Source: Eledone cirrhosa (lineage: Eukaryota). Taken from it: DNA of 64,000 nucleotides. This document shows positions 28,111-41,135 of the stretch, piece after piece. The notes under the pieces were generated by a model. That model was not told where the DNA came from, did not search any database, and worked only from the letters and a program-made list of their open reading frames with translations. The DNA is taken from assembly GCA_964016885.1 (NCBI GenBank), contig OZ024758.1, forward strand, positions 9,920,001 through 9,984,000. Reading direction: 5' to 3'. Within the stretch, counting starts at the first letter, position 1. Every line of letters starts with the position of its first letter. The position numbers were made by a program, and so were the translations under genes.

Positions 28111-28536
28111 GCTATATACAGTGACTGGTTTAAAAGCCGGCCATTTATCACTCGTAGACAGGAAACTGACTGATATGCAAATCTGGCTAATCAGTGGATA
28201 TGCTAATATGCAGATCTGACTGATCAGCCAGTCTGCTAATATGCAAATAAGGACAATCAGTCACTGTATATTTTAGAAAATAGCATATATTTTCACTAGC
28301 TCTGACAGTTGGCAGGTGAACAGTGAGCTGTACTGATGAAGGGTAACCATCCAGAAACATTAGTGCCTGCAGGTTCTGTTTACATGCCAACACAAGAGCA
28401 AGAATGTAGGGTTCATTCTACTGACATGGCTATAAAAATGAGGCTTGTTTGCATAATTGCGAACGAATCGAATGTTATTATTAATATTCGAAAAACTTAG
28501 ATTACCTTTATTGTATTCAGCCATGTAGAGCGAAAT

Positions 28537-28586
<50 letters not shown>

Positions 28587-28595
28587 TATATAAAT

Positions 28596-28750
28596 AACAA
28601 AGAGGGTGTGGTAAGATTCCAGGTGGACCATAACGCACCAGAGTACTCAATACTTAGGGTAGTAGAGTGGGTAATAAGAAAATAGTCAGGACCCCGACGG
28701 CTGAGCTCCGGCCGTTTCAACAGCTAGATCCGAAATAAGCCATCAGTATT
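28596..28750 (-). mobile_element. Inverted PLE terminal-repeat-like segment upstream of an RT remnant
   Basis: Same family as 9140, 15617 and 63340; lies just upstream of the PLE RT fragment. Confidence 0.65.
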
Positions 28751-28879
28751 AGAACGGCGGGAATCTAGCTGAACTTATCAAGGGGTACAGTCCATATATG
28801 GGCATGCAGTCAAAGCAAAAAAGCAAAACCTCGTCGAAAAGTTTCCTGCGTTCGGTGCTATTTTGTACCGAGATGCACG

Positions 28880-29122
28880 GGTTCGTAAACATCTCATCAA
28901 ATTCTTCCGGGATTTGGGTTTCAATTTGGGTGTTAATTTTCTGGATGTTACACTCAACCCGGAGAACGATTTGTAGTACCCCTACAGGAAACCAAACGAG
29001 AATTTACACTATATCCACCGCTGTTCCAACCACCCAAGGAACATTACCAACAACGTAGTAAAAATATCTCCCTCCTCATATCACGCTTGCCCGCAAATGA
29101 GCAGATCTTCAATGAACACGCC
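28880..29122 (+). pseudogene. Penelope-like reverse transcriptase fragment
   Basis: VNFLDVTLNPENDL*YPYRKPNENLHYIHRCSNHPRNI...SRLPANEQIFNEHA (PLE RT late domains/thumb); contains a stop and a frameshift. Confidence 0.8.
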
Positions 29123-29352
29123 TCAGTTTCACCGCCCCCACCCTCTTGGCCCGCCCCTCAACCAATAATACTACCCCCCCCCCCCGGTCTCCCCCCAACT
29201 AACAATACTAACATCTTCACCCCACCCCCGTTCGCATGCACACACCGACTTACACCTCACCCCATGTACACACCGGTTTCCCTTTTACCTGAACATGGAA
29301 CCTCGTTCTTCCCCCAACTCTCACATTCACACACACACACACACACGTACAC

Positions 29353-29386
<34 letters not shown>

Positions 29387-29393
29387 ACACCTA

Positions 29394-29432
<39 letters not shown>

Positions 29433-29689
29433 ACACCTACACACACACACACACACCCACACATACACACACACACACACACACACGTACACCTACACAC
29501 ATACACAAACACCACCTTCAGCCCAACCCTTCTTATCCTCTCTTCCTCCATCCCAACCTCCTTATCTTCACCCCCCCCCCCCTGCTTATCTTCGCTTCCT
29601 CTTTTCCTTCTCCCACCCATCCTCCTCGACGACAAACATCAAATAATAATTTAACAATATTAGCGAAAATTAGAATCACTTGATTTTCT

Positions 29690-30505
29690 TGTTGGATAAC
29701 TCGGAGACGCGAGTGTTGACATTAGTGGAAGAATAACATGTCTTTGTTTCAGACGATTTATAACGTTCTATGTGTAGGAGGAACAAATATTCCAATAATG
29801 TAGAAGTGTTTACCTTTGATATCAGTCGTATAAATAACCAAAATAATTCCACAACAATCACCTAGAATTCTTCTTAATAACTAGGCAAACATTCATAATT
29901 TTAAAATAACATTTGTTATATTTAATACATACATTGCACCTATTATTGCCCGATTCCATGTCATCTCTACAAACTCATCAATATGCAATAATATTTTAAT
30001 GCTTAACATTTGAAACACAAATAAATCTAATAAACAATTTCTTTACTTTTTGCAATCGAGAAATATAAAAGGAAGATTGATTTTCCTCAATTAGGTTTAA
30101 TTTTTAAACATTTTTACATTTGAAAATGAAGCTTAACAAACTGTGAAAAGGGTGAAAAGAAACATTAAAGAATTACTTAGACATAAAGTTATGTGTTCAT
30201 ATGCTACACATTGAACCACAATCTTCCTTCATCACACACGATCTACTGACGTAACATCAATTCCAGGTGATGCAGATGGAATTCGAATCATCTTGAAATG
30301 TCCAGCGACAGGTGATCTTTGGTTTACTCTTTTCCCTTAAAAGGTTAAATAAAAATAAATGTGCAGAGAAAAATAAAATTTCAAGATGAATAATGTTTTG
30401 AATTATTTTGCTAATTATACCAACCTCAGACTTAGATCGGCATATTAATCTAACTGTAGGATTAGTATTAAGATCCTCCTTATGATCCTTCAAAGTAAAT
30501 ATAGG
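29690..30505 (-). pseudogene. Decayed Penelope-like RT
   Basis: FTLKDHKEDLNTNPTVRLICRSKSEVGIISKI at ~30400-30500; CRDD (YRDD-like) near 29960; NVNTRVSELS near 29700. Confidence 0.6.
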
Positions 30506-30608
30506 TGGGTAAGGGGTATAAGGCTTTCAAGTTTTAATTTACTTACAATATTAAAACAATATTTTGGCTTTCAATGTTTGTATCATCCAAGTTTGTCGAT
30601 GTGGTTTT

Positions 30609-30649
<41 letters not shown>

Positions 30650-30773
30650 CAGTGAGTGTGTTCTGTTATTAATTCTGGCAATATTATTACAATACGACCC
30701 TCCCCAAGTATAACAATATTTGTTTCTACACACGATTTCATATCAAAAACCTCGCAAAACAAATTCATCGTCG

Positions 30774-30824
<51 letters not shown>

Positions 30825-30874
30825 TTTATATATATATATATATAAATATTTATATATATATATATATAAATATT

Positions 30875-30958
<84 letters not shown>

Positions 30959-31033
30959 TTGATATATAAATATATATATATATATATATAAGCAAAAGGG
31001 ATATTCAATTTGTTGGTAATTCAACAAATATAA

Positions 31034-31091
<58 letters not shown>

Positions 31092-31121
31092 GTACAAACA
31101 TATATATGTTTACATACAAAG

Positions 31122-31187
<66 letters not shown>

Positions 31188-32051
31188 TGTGTATGTGCGT
31201 ATCTCCATGTGTACGAAAATGTGTGTGAAAGTTAAAGTAAAGGCGATAAAACAGGGGGAATAAAAGGAAGGTATTTACCTTAAATTATTATATTTCTGTT
31301 AGATCTACAATATCTTAATCTTTAATAAAGAGACGCCATAAAGAGACGCCATCACTAATCTCCAAAATGGCTGAACCAAGAAATCGATGAAAAAAAAACA
31401 TTACTGGACTTTGAGTCTCGCAGTCTCTCTGTCGACGAGAAGTCTAATCTATTTACTGCGTCGTTGGTACTATAGCTTGTATGGATAACCTTTTCAGGGT
31501 CCAATGATCCACATTAAATTAATTCATAAGAGTAATATGAGAAATATGCAGTATTCATAATCGTTATGATAATAATTTTCACTGGAAAGTAATAATTTTC
31601 TGTTCTCCACGAATAAAGTATAGTTATATATTTAACAAATCTATCACAAATCACTTCCATACATACTTACGTACATATACATGATGATGGCTGCCCCCTC
31701 GTTATCGAGTATGGCCATTGCACAAGAAAAAAAAAAAAATAATAATAATAATAATAATAATAATGTTTTCTTTATTAACCACAAGGGTTTACATAAAGTA
31801 GACATTAAGGACAGTACAGGACAATACAGGACGGTACAAATGGGCATTTCTGCGTGTAAAAAAACAGAGGTTGAAATAAAATAACAAAGAAAAATTCCCC
31901 AATAGGGGGGAGACTTCCGAGGGACATTTGTGGAGAAAGCCCATTAAAAGACCACAGTGGCACTGACAACCAGGGCCAGTGCCCTCTCCCAGTTTTCCAT
32001 AATAATAATAATAATAAATAAATTTAAAAAAAAAAAAAAAAAAAAGGAAAA

Positions 32052-32097
<46 letters not shown>

Positions 32098-32259
32098 CAC
32101 ATACATACATATACATACATACATATATACACACACACATACATACACATACACTCACACATATATACACACATACATTAATAACAATAATAATAACAAT
32201 AATAATAATAATAGCAATAATAACGTACATATACATACATACATACATACATACATACA

Positions 32260-32607
32260 TGGTGGATGCCAACTCGTTTTCGAGTACGGCCACTACTTTA
32301 TATCCATGTAGGAGAACCCTTACCGATGCGCTGAACGAGTGTGACTTTTTAGTCCAGCCAGCGACTTGAAAACTCTGGTACAAACACTACACTTGTGACA
32401 ATTACTGACACATAGTGCTGGGCCCATGGTACCATGTGACGACAAGTGCAGAGAGATCTCCAGATATAAAGCAATGCCTGTGCCGTGAAGCTTTCATAGT
32501 GAGCAAAGGCACTGCACAAAGCCAGTCCCACTCTCTTAACCAAGATGATATTGACCAAAAAGAAGAACAAGTCAACATCATTGGATACCATCCGGGTTGC
32601 AGGTTAT
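32260..32607 (-). mobile_element. 5'-truncated copy of the 470-1068 element
   Basis: Near-identical reverse complement; ends in an (ATGT)n tail; a diverged relative lies at ~34430-34549. Confidence 0.8.
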
Positions 32608-32645
32608 CTTAAGTATTTTAGAGTTGTCTGGAATGTATCTGCTAA

Positions 32646-32728
32646 ACACACGCTGATGAGCCATTGGTATTTCCACTTCAGTCACAAATTTTTTGGCGAA
32701 ACGAATCTCTTTGGATTTGTACGTGTGT
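32646..32728 (+). ncRNA. Canonical type I hammerhead ribozyme with stable stem III
   Basis: Stem I ACACACG/CGTGTGT, CTGATGA, stem II GCCA/TGGC, GAAA, stem III ACGAATC/GATTTGT, GUA cleavage triplet (after 32721). Confidence 0.85.
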
Positions 32729-32979
32729 AATATATAGTTATAGAGGTGGGTATATTCATTTTGATTTATATTTTTAATTATTATGTGTCTACCTCATCTT
32801 CCGTAGTTTATAGATTCCATACACTGGTGGTTTCCCTGTTTATTGATCGCATACACTCTCTCCCTCTAGTGTGTTATCCTTTCTACATATTGTATATATG
32901 TATATATATATAAACGGAAAAAATGAAACGAAATTTCATTTCCCACTCTTAGTACGGCTGTTACTTAAATATAAGTATG

Positions 32980-33017
32980 TATACGTACATACATATATGT
33001 ATACAGACGTACAGTAG

Positions 33018-33059
<42 letters not shown>

Positions 33060-33202
33060 CATGCACACATATATATATGTACGTATATATATGTACATAT
33101 ATGTACATATATATGCACATATATATATGTACATATATATATATGTACATATATATATGTGTATATATATATATATATATGTACATATATATATATGTAC
33201 GT

Positions 33203-33243
<41 letters not shown>

Positions 33244-33280
33244 TATATATATATATATGTACATATATATATATGTACGT

Positions 33281-33329
<49 letters not shown>

Positions 33330-33373
33330 CATATATCTATATATATATATATATATATACACATACATATATC

Positions 33374-33471
<98 letters not shown>

Positions 33472-33472
33472 A

Positions 33473-33503
<31 letters not shown>

Positions 33504-33570
33504 CACACATACATATGTATATATATATACATACACACATACATATATATATATATACATATACAGACAC
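32980..33570. repeat. Compound (TA)n/TAC microsatellite field
   Basis: Direct inspection. Confidence 0.95.
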
Positions 33571-34803
33571 ATACGCATATATCCATGGATAAATGTAAAA
33601 ATTGGTAGATGTAAACTTTAGTGTTGCCAAGCTCTTCTCAGCAAAGTCATGCGCATTTCAACCAACTCACAACATTTTCAGACTTCTGATTTCGAAAGTA
33701 CCTTTTACAACCATAACGTCTGTGGTGATATTTTAACTGGAATTAGAATATCAAAACCTGAATGTCACAAAAACATCTTATCGCTATCGCTACCTTAAAG
33801 GTGGTCTTGCAGAAGAGAAATGGTATGAGAGAGAGAGAGAGAGAGAGAAGAAGAGAGAGAGAAAGATAGAGAGAGAGAATGAAAGGAAGAAAGAAAGATG
33901 GAAAGAGAAAGAGAGAAAGACAAAGATAGAAAAAAGAACGATAGATGGATAGAAAGAGGGCGAGAGAGAGGGTGAGAGAGAGATTAAAATCAACCGATAC
34001 TTGAAAAAATTAGTCATCTCTAGGTGTAAAACATGACATTTTTATGTGGTGAAGATTTAACTGAATAAATCAATGTCAATGAATGAACAAGATAAAAATG
34101 TTGTCATTTGTTTCTGCACACAATTTTTTAGCAAATGATACTGATGGCTAAGAATCGAATAGAAATTGTTAGGACAGGTTTCAAATTTATATATTTATGT
34201 ATTTTTTTGTCTCAGTTTTGTAAGATGGAAAGTTCATGATACACAAAGAAAGACACGTACACATACACACATACACACATACACGCATGATAGCAGTAGC
34301 ACGATTTCGAGTAATGCCATCGCTTGATACTTAAGCATGAAGATCACGGACGTGTCTTTGTAGTCATGCTTGGGACTTGCCTATGGCCAGCAATACCATG
34401 CATCGCAAAAAAATGGAGTGAGGAAACGCTTTGCACGAGGCCAATCACCCCCCCCCCCCTCCCCCCTCTCTGAACATCGAATGCATTTGCCCAAAAAGAA
34501 GAACTGGTCTACATCATTGGATGCAAATGAAGTCGCAGGTTTTATATCATATATACACACATACATACACACATACATACATGTATACATACATACACAC
34601 ATACATGCATACATACATATATACATAACACATACATAACACATACATACATACATAAATACATACATGCATACGTACATACACACACAAACTGATATAT
34701 ATATATATGAATACGCACGTGTGTTTTTTTTTTCTCTCTTTTCCTCCGTTCCTTCCTCTCATCACTTTTTATCTTTCTATTTTATCTTTTATTTCTAATT
34801 CTA

Positions 34804-34839
34804 TCTTCTGATGAAGGACTAGTGCCCGAAATGTTAAGA
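34804..34839 (+). ncRNA. Minimal type I hammerhead motif
   Basis: TCTT-CTGATGA-A-GGAC-TAGT-GCCC-GAAA-TG-TT-AAGA; one stem II mismatch, palindromic-type stem III. Confidence 0.55.
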
Positions 34840-34945
34840 CGTTTTTCCTGCTATTTCAAGAGTTAAACTTATATATTATTTCAATATTGTTTTTAAAATA
34901 GAGTGTGTTCCTCTACTACCCACTATCGAAGTAATGTTTATTTAA

Positions 34946-35165
34946 CACTTTAGCATTTAAACCGGCCATATCCGGCCAAAATCCTCTCACCTCTTTCTGT
35001 TCAAACCGGCTGTAATCGGCCACTCATACTGACGTTAAGGTATTGTTCTCAAAATAAATAACATCAAAATCTCGTAGATTCGATATTATGTTAAATAATT
35101 ACGTAAGATAAAGCCTTGAACACAAAATACAATAGTATATATAGAGTAATGTAAATGCTAAAGGG
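34946..35165. mobile_element. piggyBac-type MITE (220 bp)
   Basis: TTAA on both sides; TIRs CACTTTAGCATTTA / TAAATGCTAAAGGG. Confidence 0.8.
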
Positions 35166-35558
35166 TTAAACCGTTAGAATGATTTTGAAATATACTTTTT
35201 CATTGATGAGATAGAAAAAAAAATCAAGAAATAGGGTGCAGTATTTAGCAATTGCTTGTTCAGCTGCTGAGTAGATGTCATTCTTATTGTATTGAGTGTT
35301 AGGGTTAAATTTCAGTGGGGGAAAATAAGTAACAATAACACTTCTTATGAGACTGGTCTTGTTTATTTAATTTGACCTATAACTTTCGTCCCCTATTCAC
35401 CTTCTTCTCTAAACCAAATTACTGCTACATTTAGAGAAAATTTAATGTTAACACTACTGCTTTGAGAAGCCGGTTTATATCAGTAAAACTTCAAAGTAAA
35501 TAGTCGATGTCAATAATGTACTTACAGACACAGACACAGACACACACAGACACACACA

Positions 35559-35626
<68 letters not shown>

Positions 35627-35635
35627 CATACTATA

Positions 35636-35810
35636 ATTGGCAGTATTGGTAGAGGGTCGGACGCCATGCTTTCCAGCATAGTTACGTCCCTTTACGATCT
35701 GAGTTCAAATCCCGCCGAGGTTGACTTTGCCTTTCATCCTTACGGGGTCGATAAAATAAAGTACCAGTAATGCACTGGGTAATTGCTGGCCTTGTGCCTA
35801 AAGTAGAAAC
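35636..35810 (+). mobile_element. tRNA-derived SINE copy
   Basis: Match to the dominant SINE. Confidence 0.9.
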
Positions 35811-35834
35811 AATGATTGTGTATATATACTGGGG

Positions 35835-36240
35835 GGCAACACTTCTCTCTCCACCCTCAGCTTCCTTTCCAAGTGAAACTTGAAAAAGTTGATGAAGGGT
35901 TGGCCGGAGGGAAAAGTGTCTGTCTTCAGTCCTTTCAACCTGGGCCACCATACAACCTCTTTCGCTACAGCCACCCGACAGAGGAAAATTGCCTGCCCTT
36001 CCTGGCGAAAAGAAGGCGGCGGGTCGATCTTCACTATGGACTCGGCCCATAGCCGGATCCGTTCTACACGCGACAACAGCTGTTCGAAATAATTCCACAA
36101 GTCAGTAATGCACGGACACTGGATGAGTGCGTGCAGAACGGTTTCGTCGCTCTGCGCGCATCTCGGGCAGGTCCGTCTGACAACACTTCCGTGTCTGTAA
36201 AGTTTATCTCGAACCGGGAGTGCCCCTCGGTAGCACTGCT
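35835..36240 (-). pseudogene. L1/Tx1-clade LINE ORF2 C-terminal zinc-binding region fragment
   Basis: QCYRGALPVRDKLYRHG..TCPRCAQSDETVLHALIQCP..LWNY..KFHLERKLRVEREVL (CxxC..H...C, zf-RVT-like). Confidence 0.8.
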
Positions 36241-36752
36241 TGGGGAGAGTTTGTGGTTCTTTTCGTCTCAGCTGAGATGCATCTGAAAACCAGAGTTCTC
36301 TTCTCCACCACTTGGCCCAGGTTTGCTCCTATTTAATGAGCTTCCATGCCTGGGCCAACTTTGTTTTCTTGTCTGTCAAGTCCATGTTGAAGCATGGCCT
36401 TTTCTTGGTTACTGCCGCAGCGAAAGTGTTCTTCTTGTTGTTGTCGTTGGTGTTGTTGTTATCGTTGTTCTTGTTGGTGTTGTTGCTGTTATCACTGTTA
36501 CAGTTAGTTATATCTTTGGTGCTGTCGCTGTTTATGTTTTGTTTTTTTTTTTATAAAATTTTCTTTTACACACACAAAGTTTAAATATTGGGGCCAAAAG
36601 GCCCAAATATTATGGGGAGTCCTTTCTTGGGGGCAAAGACTAAAGTCTTATTTCCCGTTTGAAACAAAAATATTAATGACAAACATATTTCAAACCGTTG
36701 AACAAAACAAACTTACGAGCACACGATAGTACGTCCATTCGCTTCAACGACC

Positions 36753-36785
<33 letters not shown>

Positions 36786-36786
<1 letters not shown>

Positions 36787-37100
36787 GTGCAAGGATTTTG
36801 GATAAAAAATATAACATCCTTCCACCCAAAACTGACAGCCATGTTCAATGACTGCTTGATGTCGGGTAAAGTACCATAGTGGTTGACAAAAGATACCACC
36901 GTTCTGGTAATGAAAGACCGAATCAAGGGTAATGAGGTTACCAACTATAGGCCTATCCTATGTCTGTCCGTAATGTGGAAACTGTTAACAAGCATTGTGT
37001 CTGACGAAATCTACCATCACCTCCACATAAACAACTTGTTACCGGACGAACAGAAAGGATGCCGAAAGACCAGTTACATATTTATAAGATGGTAATAAAG
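36786..37100 (+). pseudogene. R4/Dong-clade LINE RT fragment
   Basis: VQGFWIK..P*WL..T.LVMKD..NYRPILCLSVMWKLLTSI..IYHHL..LLPDEQKGCR; directly follows (TAA)n. Confidence 0.8.
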
Positions 37101-37123
37101 AGTAATGTCCTGTTTGAAGTGCG

Positions 37124-37238
<115 letters not shown>

Positions 37239-37699
37239 GACATCAAACAGGACATTTCTCTTTTTAAATGAATGGCAATCCTATTTGAGATGTCCAAAAT
37301 AATTAGGGTAATGTTGGAGATTCATGGGATAAACACACTGTAGCAGCCAAAACCCAACATCATCGCTTTTACCAGAGCATGATTACGTCACCAACAGGAT
37401 ATCATTTCTGATTGGTTTAACACATATTTTGTACCAAAGGATCGAGCTGCAAGAAATAAAGATACTAAGTGTAGGACTCAGTTCTGTTGATACTCCAACT
37501 TGTGATGAAAAATAATGTACTTCTACCCAAGCGTGACATCGTGAATTCGGCCATGTGATTACTTTATTCGTAGATCATTAAAGACTAAACGTAGAGTCAA
37601 TTTCTGGAAGGGCATGTTGGCAATAGTAAACAGTGGCGTCACTGTGGTACGCTTCTAAACGACGTTGTGAACCGTTCAACATATGGTTGTATGAAAGCA

Positions 37700-38351
37700 T
37701 GAGATCAAGTAATCAAAGACACCATTGCCCATATTTACTATGGACTGCGACTGTATTCAGTGATGCTTGAAAGATTTAGAGAGTCAAGTGAGAAAATAGC
37801 ATTGAAGTTTCTCATTTATGACAAAAGTATATTGTCAGAATATGTAAAGGATATGGAAGAACTGTTTAACACTGATAATAACACTGTAATTGCTGAGTCT
37901 ATGACTGCTAGTGAAACAATGTGATCGTTGTGATAATGATGATGATAATAATTGTTTCTACTTTAGGCACAAGGCCAGCAATTAACCAGTACATTACTGG
38001 TACTTTATTTTATCGACCCCGTAAGGATGAAAGGCAAAGTTAACCTCGGCGGGATTTGAACTCAGAATGGCAAGGGCCATAACTCTATGCGCCAAAGCAT
38101 GGCATCCGACACTCTACCAATACTGCCAATCCACCGCCTATGATGATAATAATAATGATGACACGATTAACAGAGAGGAAAACGTGTCCATAGATAACAT
38201 GGTGCAAATACGTGATGGACTCATTGAAGGACCAGAACAGCGCACATTCGTTACATCGCAAGAAATCATGGTGGTATATAAAACGAAAGAGACACTGGTA
38301 CAACAAAAACACTTGTTAATGCGGCAGATGTCACTTGAAGAATCATTTTGA
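37700..38351 (+). pseudogene. pogo/Tigger (Jerky-like) transposase C-terminal remnant split by a SINE
   Basis: DQVIKDTIAHIY..; SIDNMVQIRDGLIEGPEQRTFVTSQEIMVVYKTKETLVQQKHLLMRQMSLEESF* resembles Jerky-like Tigger C-termini (recalled, not searched). Confidence 0.65.
37954..38138 (-). mobile_element. SINE with 14-bp TSD
   Basis: TSD ATGATGATAATAAT at 37939-37952 and 38140-38153. Confidence 0.9.
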
Positions 38352-39049
38352 AATTACCATTGAGATGGTTTTGTGCTGCAGTTATATTCCTACAGTAAGC
38401 AGTGATCATCGTTCTTTTCGGCGTTTTAGTACATGGACAACAGGGCAGTATTAAGTACTTTTGACGAACTAGGCACTTAAAGGATTATGGCCATCATCAC
38501 CCATATATGAAATCTGCAAAAATATTTTTTATGGAGAGACCAAATACACTTAATTTGAATACAATGAGGCCCATCTTCTCTCGATGCCATAAGTATGTAC
38601 TTATTTTGCTTAAAACTTAATCCAGCCCTGATGGACAGTAAATTATGTACAAACCATTATTAAATCTGAATTTCAACGACACATAAACATTTACGTGAAT
38701 GTAATATTACTAACATAATTACACACACATATGTATATATGTGTGTGTGTAATAAGGTTGTGAGTTCAATTCCCGGACCGGGTGATGCGTTAAGTCTTTG
38801 AGCAAGACTTATTTCACTGTCTGGATTTTGTGACCAGTAGATGGTACTAGTAGTTGGAAAGACCAATGGCAACATTGTTTCCTGGGTCCGATTTGACGAG
38901 CTCCATCCCACTCGTTAAGCGAATGAGTTCTGAGACCCTGTCGATCAACTACTCAATAAACGTAATGAGGACATAACAAATCGCCCTTTTCATTATTATT
39001 ATATACTCTTTTACTTTTTTACACTTTTACCTGTTCCAGCCATCCGGCT

Positions 39050-39127
<78 letters not shown>

Positions 39128-39319
39128 CACATATATTTTTATTTGTTTGACCCGAATTGCTTGATCGTTTTTTGGGGGGCTGTGCGGATGATTAGTTTAA
39201 CCACCATCTCAGTGTGGTTGGCCTTTAACGTATGTTGTAGCTCTAATTCATATGAATTATCGAGCGCTTGCTCGGAAGTGTTTTTCGTTAATTCCTGAGC
39301 TGAAATTCGATTCTCGGCA

Positions 39320-39364
<45 letters not shown>

Positions 39365-39599
39365 GATAAATCTACCAAAAATTTACGGTAGTGTCCAATC
39401 CGTATGAAGAACTCAATGTAATCCGGATATCATGAAAAGAGAAGATGCATTCAAAAACTATTTTCGGTGAAAATTAACGGAAAACAGAGTCAAGATAAAT
39501 TAATAAAATAATGAATAAACAAAGAAACAGTTCCTTATATTAAAAAAATTCACCATTTTACGATCGTTTCTAGGATATATATGTGTTAGTGTTGGTATG

Positions 39600-39734
39600 C
39601 ATTTTCTGAAGACAGCATATATATGTGTAGGTATGTATATTCCCTCTGATAGTTTGTATAAATATTTTACATAGATCTATAGAATATGCATACCAACACT
39701 AACACATATATATCCTAGAAACGATCGTAAAATG
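39600..39734 (+). ncRNA. Hammerhead motif with ~105-nt extended stem II
   Basis: CATTT(T)-CTGAAGA ... GAAA-CGATCG-TA-AAATG; stem II pairs ATATATATGTG/CACATATATAT and GGTATGTATATTC/GAATATGCATACC; first pair is a C-A mismatch. Confidence 0.6.
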
Positions 39735-40001
39735 ATGAAATTTTTTAATATAAGGAACTGTTTCTTTGTTTATTCATTATTAGACCCTCCGAAGAGTTTT
39801 GCAGACAAAACTAAATTGGTTCGGCACCTTCACAAAATTGAAGGCGTGGACTGTCTTTTGAGGTATGTGTCTGGTTTCAGGTATTCTCTTATTGGCTTTT
39901 AATATGCAATACGATACACATTATATGTTTATATATATATGTGTGTGTGTGCGTGTGTGTGTATGTGTGTGTAATATATAATGTATATGCATTATATATA
40001 A

Positions 40002-40210
40002 GGGCGGTGGATTGGCAGTATTGATAGAGCGTCGGACACCATGCTTCGCAGCATAGAGTTACGGCCCTTTATGTTCTGAGTTCAAATCCCGCCGAGGTCA
40101 GCTTTGCCTTTCATCCTTTCGGGCTCGATAAATAAAGCACCAGTAATGCACTTGGGTTGATTTAATCAATTTTCCCTGCCCCAAAATTACTGGCCTTGTG
40201 CCTAAATTAG

Positions 40211-40214
<4 letters not shown>
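40002..40214 (+). mobile_element. SINE, long subfamily, full length
   Basis: A/B boxes, central domain, extra internal segment. Confidence 0.88.
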
Positions 40215-40256
<42 letters not shown>

Positions 40257-40386
40257 GCAAAAGTTCTATTTAAATTGTTGGGATACAACAAGTAAATATT
40301 TTTATAACTGATATAAAGCACTCGACAAGTATTTGGAGTAGATATACGATATTAACAAATGGAAACTATATTTATAAAACCATATT

Positions 40387-40451
40387 TATTTCATTATACA
40401 TATTTCAAGGATACCAAGTTAAATTATGGTATGCCTTCATCAGACAAAATA
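40387..40451 (-). ncRNA. Type I hammerhead motif (C-C family), minus-strand arm
   Basis: Reverse-complement copy of 40565-40629. Confidence 0.7.
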
Positions 40452-40564
40452 CAATATATACCAGTTTTATAAATAAACATTGACGTACCCTGATGGCTTC
40501 CAAAAGTAATGGTCGCATTTTGAAAGGGTACGTCAATGTTTATTTATAAAATTGGTATATATTG

Positions 40565-40629
40565 TATTTTGTCTGATGAAGGCATACCATAATTCAACTT
40601 GGTATCCTTGAAATATGTATAATGAAATA
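40565..40629 (+). ncRNA. Type I hammerhead motif (C-C family)
   Basis: TATTTTGT/ATGAAATA, CTGATGA, AGG-C-ATACCA/TGGTAT-C-CTT, GAAA-TATGTA-TA. Confidence 0.72.
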
Positions 40630-40668
40630 AATATGGTTTTATAAATATAGTTTCCATTTGTTAATATC

Positions 40669-40722
<54 letters not shown>

Positions 40723-40870
40723 CAATTAATATATTCAAAATATTTTTGTGACATGAAAGAGATATTAACAAATGGTAATCTGTAAAAAATATGTTTCTGT
40801 TATTTCTTCCTCCTTTCTTTCGTTCCTTCCTTCTGTCTTTCTTACAGTTTCCTTTCTTTCACTCCTTCCG

Positions 40871-40901
<31 letters not shown>

Positions 40902-41135
40902 CTCTTTCTTTCTTTCTCTCTTTCTTTCTTTCATTCGTTGTGTTTTGTGTTTGATTTCCGGTTTCTATAAAGCACGAATATGGTATTTACAAAATGAAAT
41001 ACCATTGTAGTAGCTATAAAGTTTGTCGTAGTCGTGGCTATAGTAATCTGTGAAGAAAATATCGTCTGGATATTATATAGAAAAACAGAAATAAGAACGT
41101 GAAAACAAATCCGATATCATTATCATTATTATATA

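Larger units (their letters stand above)
40342..40674. repeat. 150-bp-arm inverted repeat carrying a hammerhead in each arm
   Basis: Arms 40342-40491 and 40525-40674, ~2 mismatches, 33-nt spacer, followed by (AT)n. Confidence 0.9.

Noticed and set aside
36250-36422. Weak Tc1-transposase-like peptide on the minus strand
   Set aside because: Similarity too faint to support by eye
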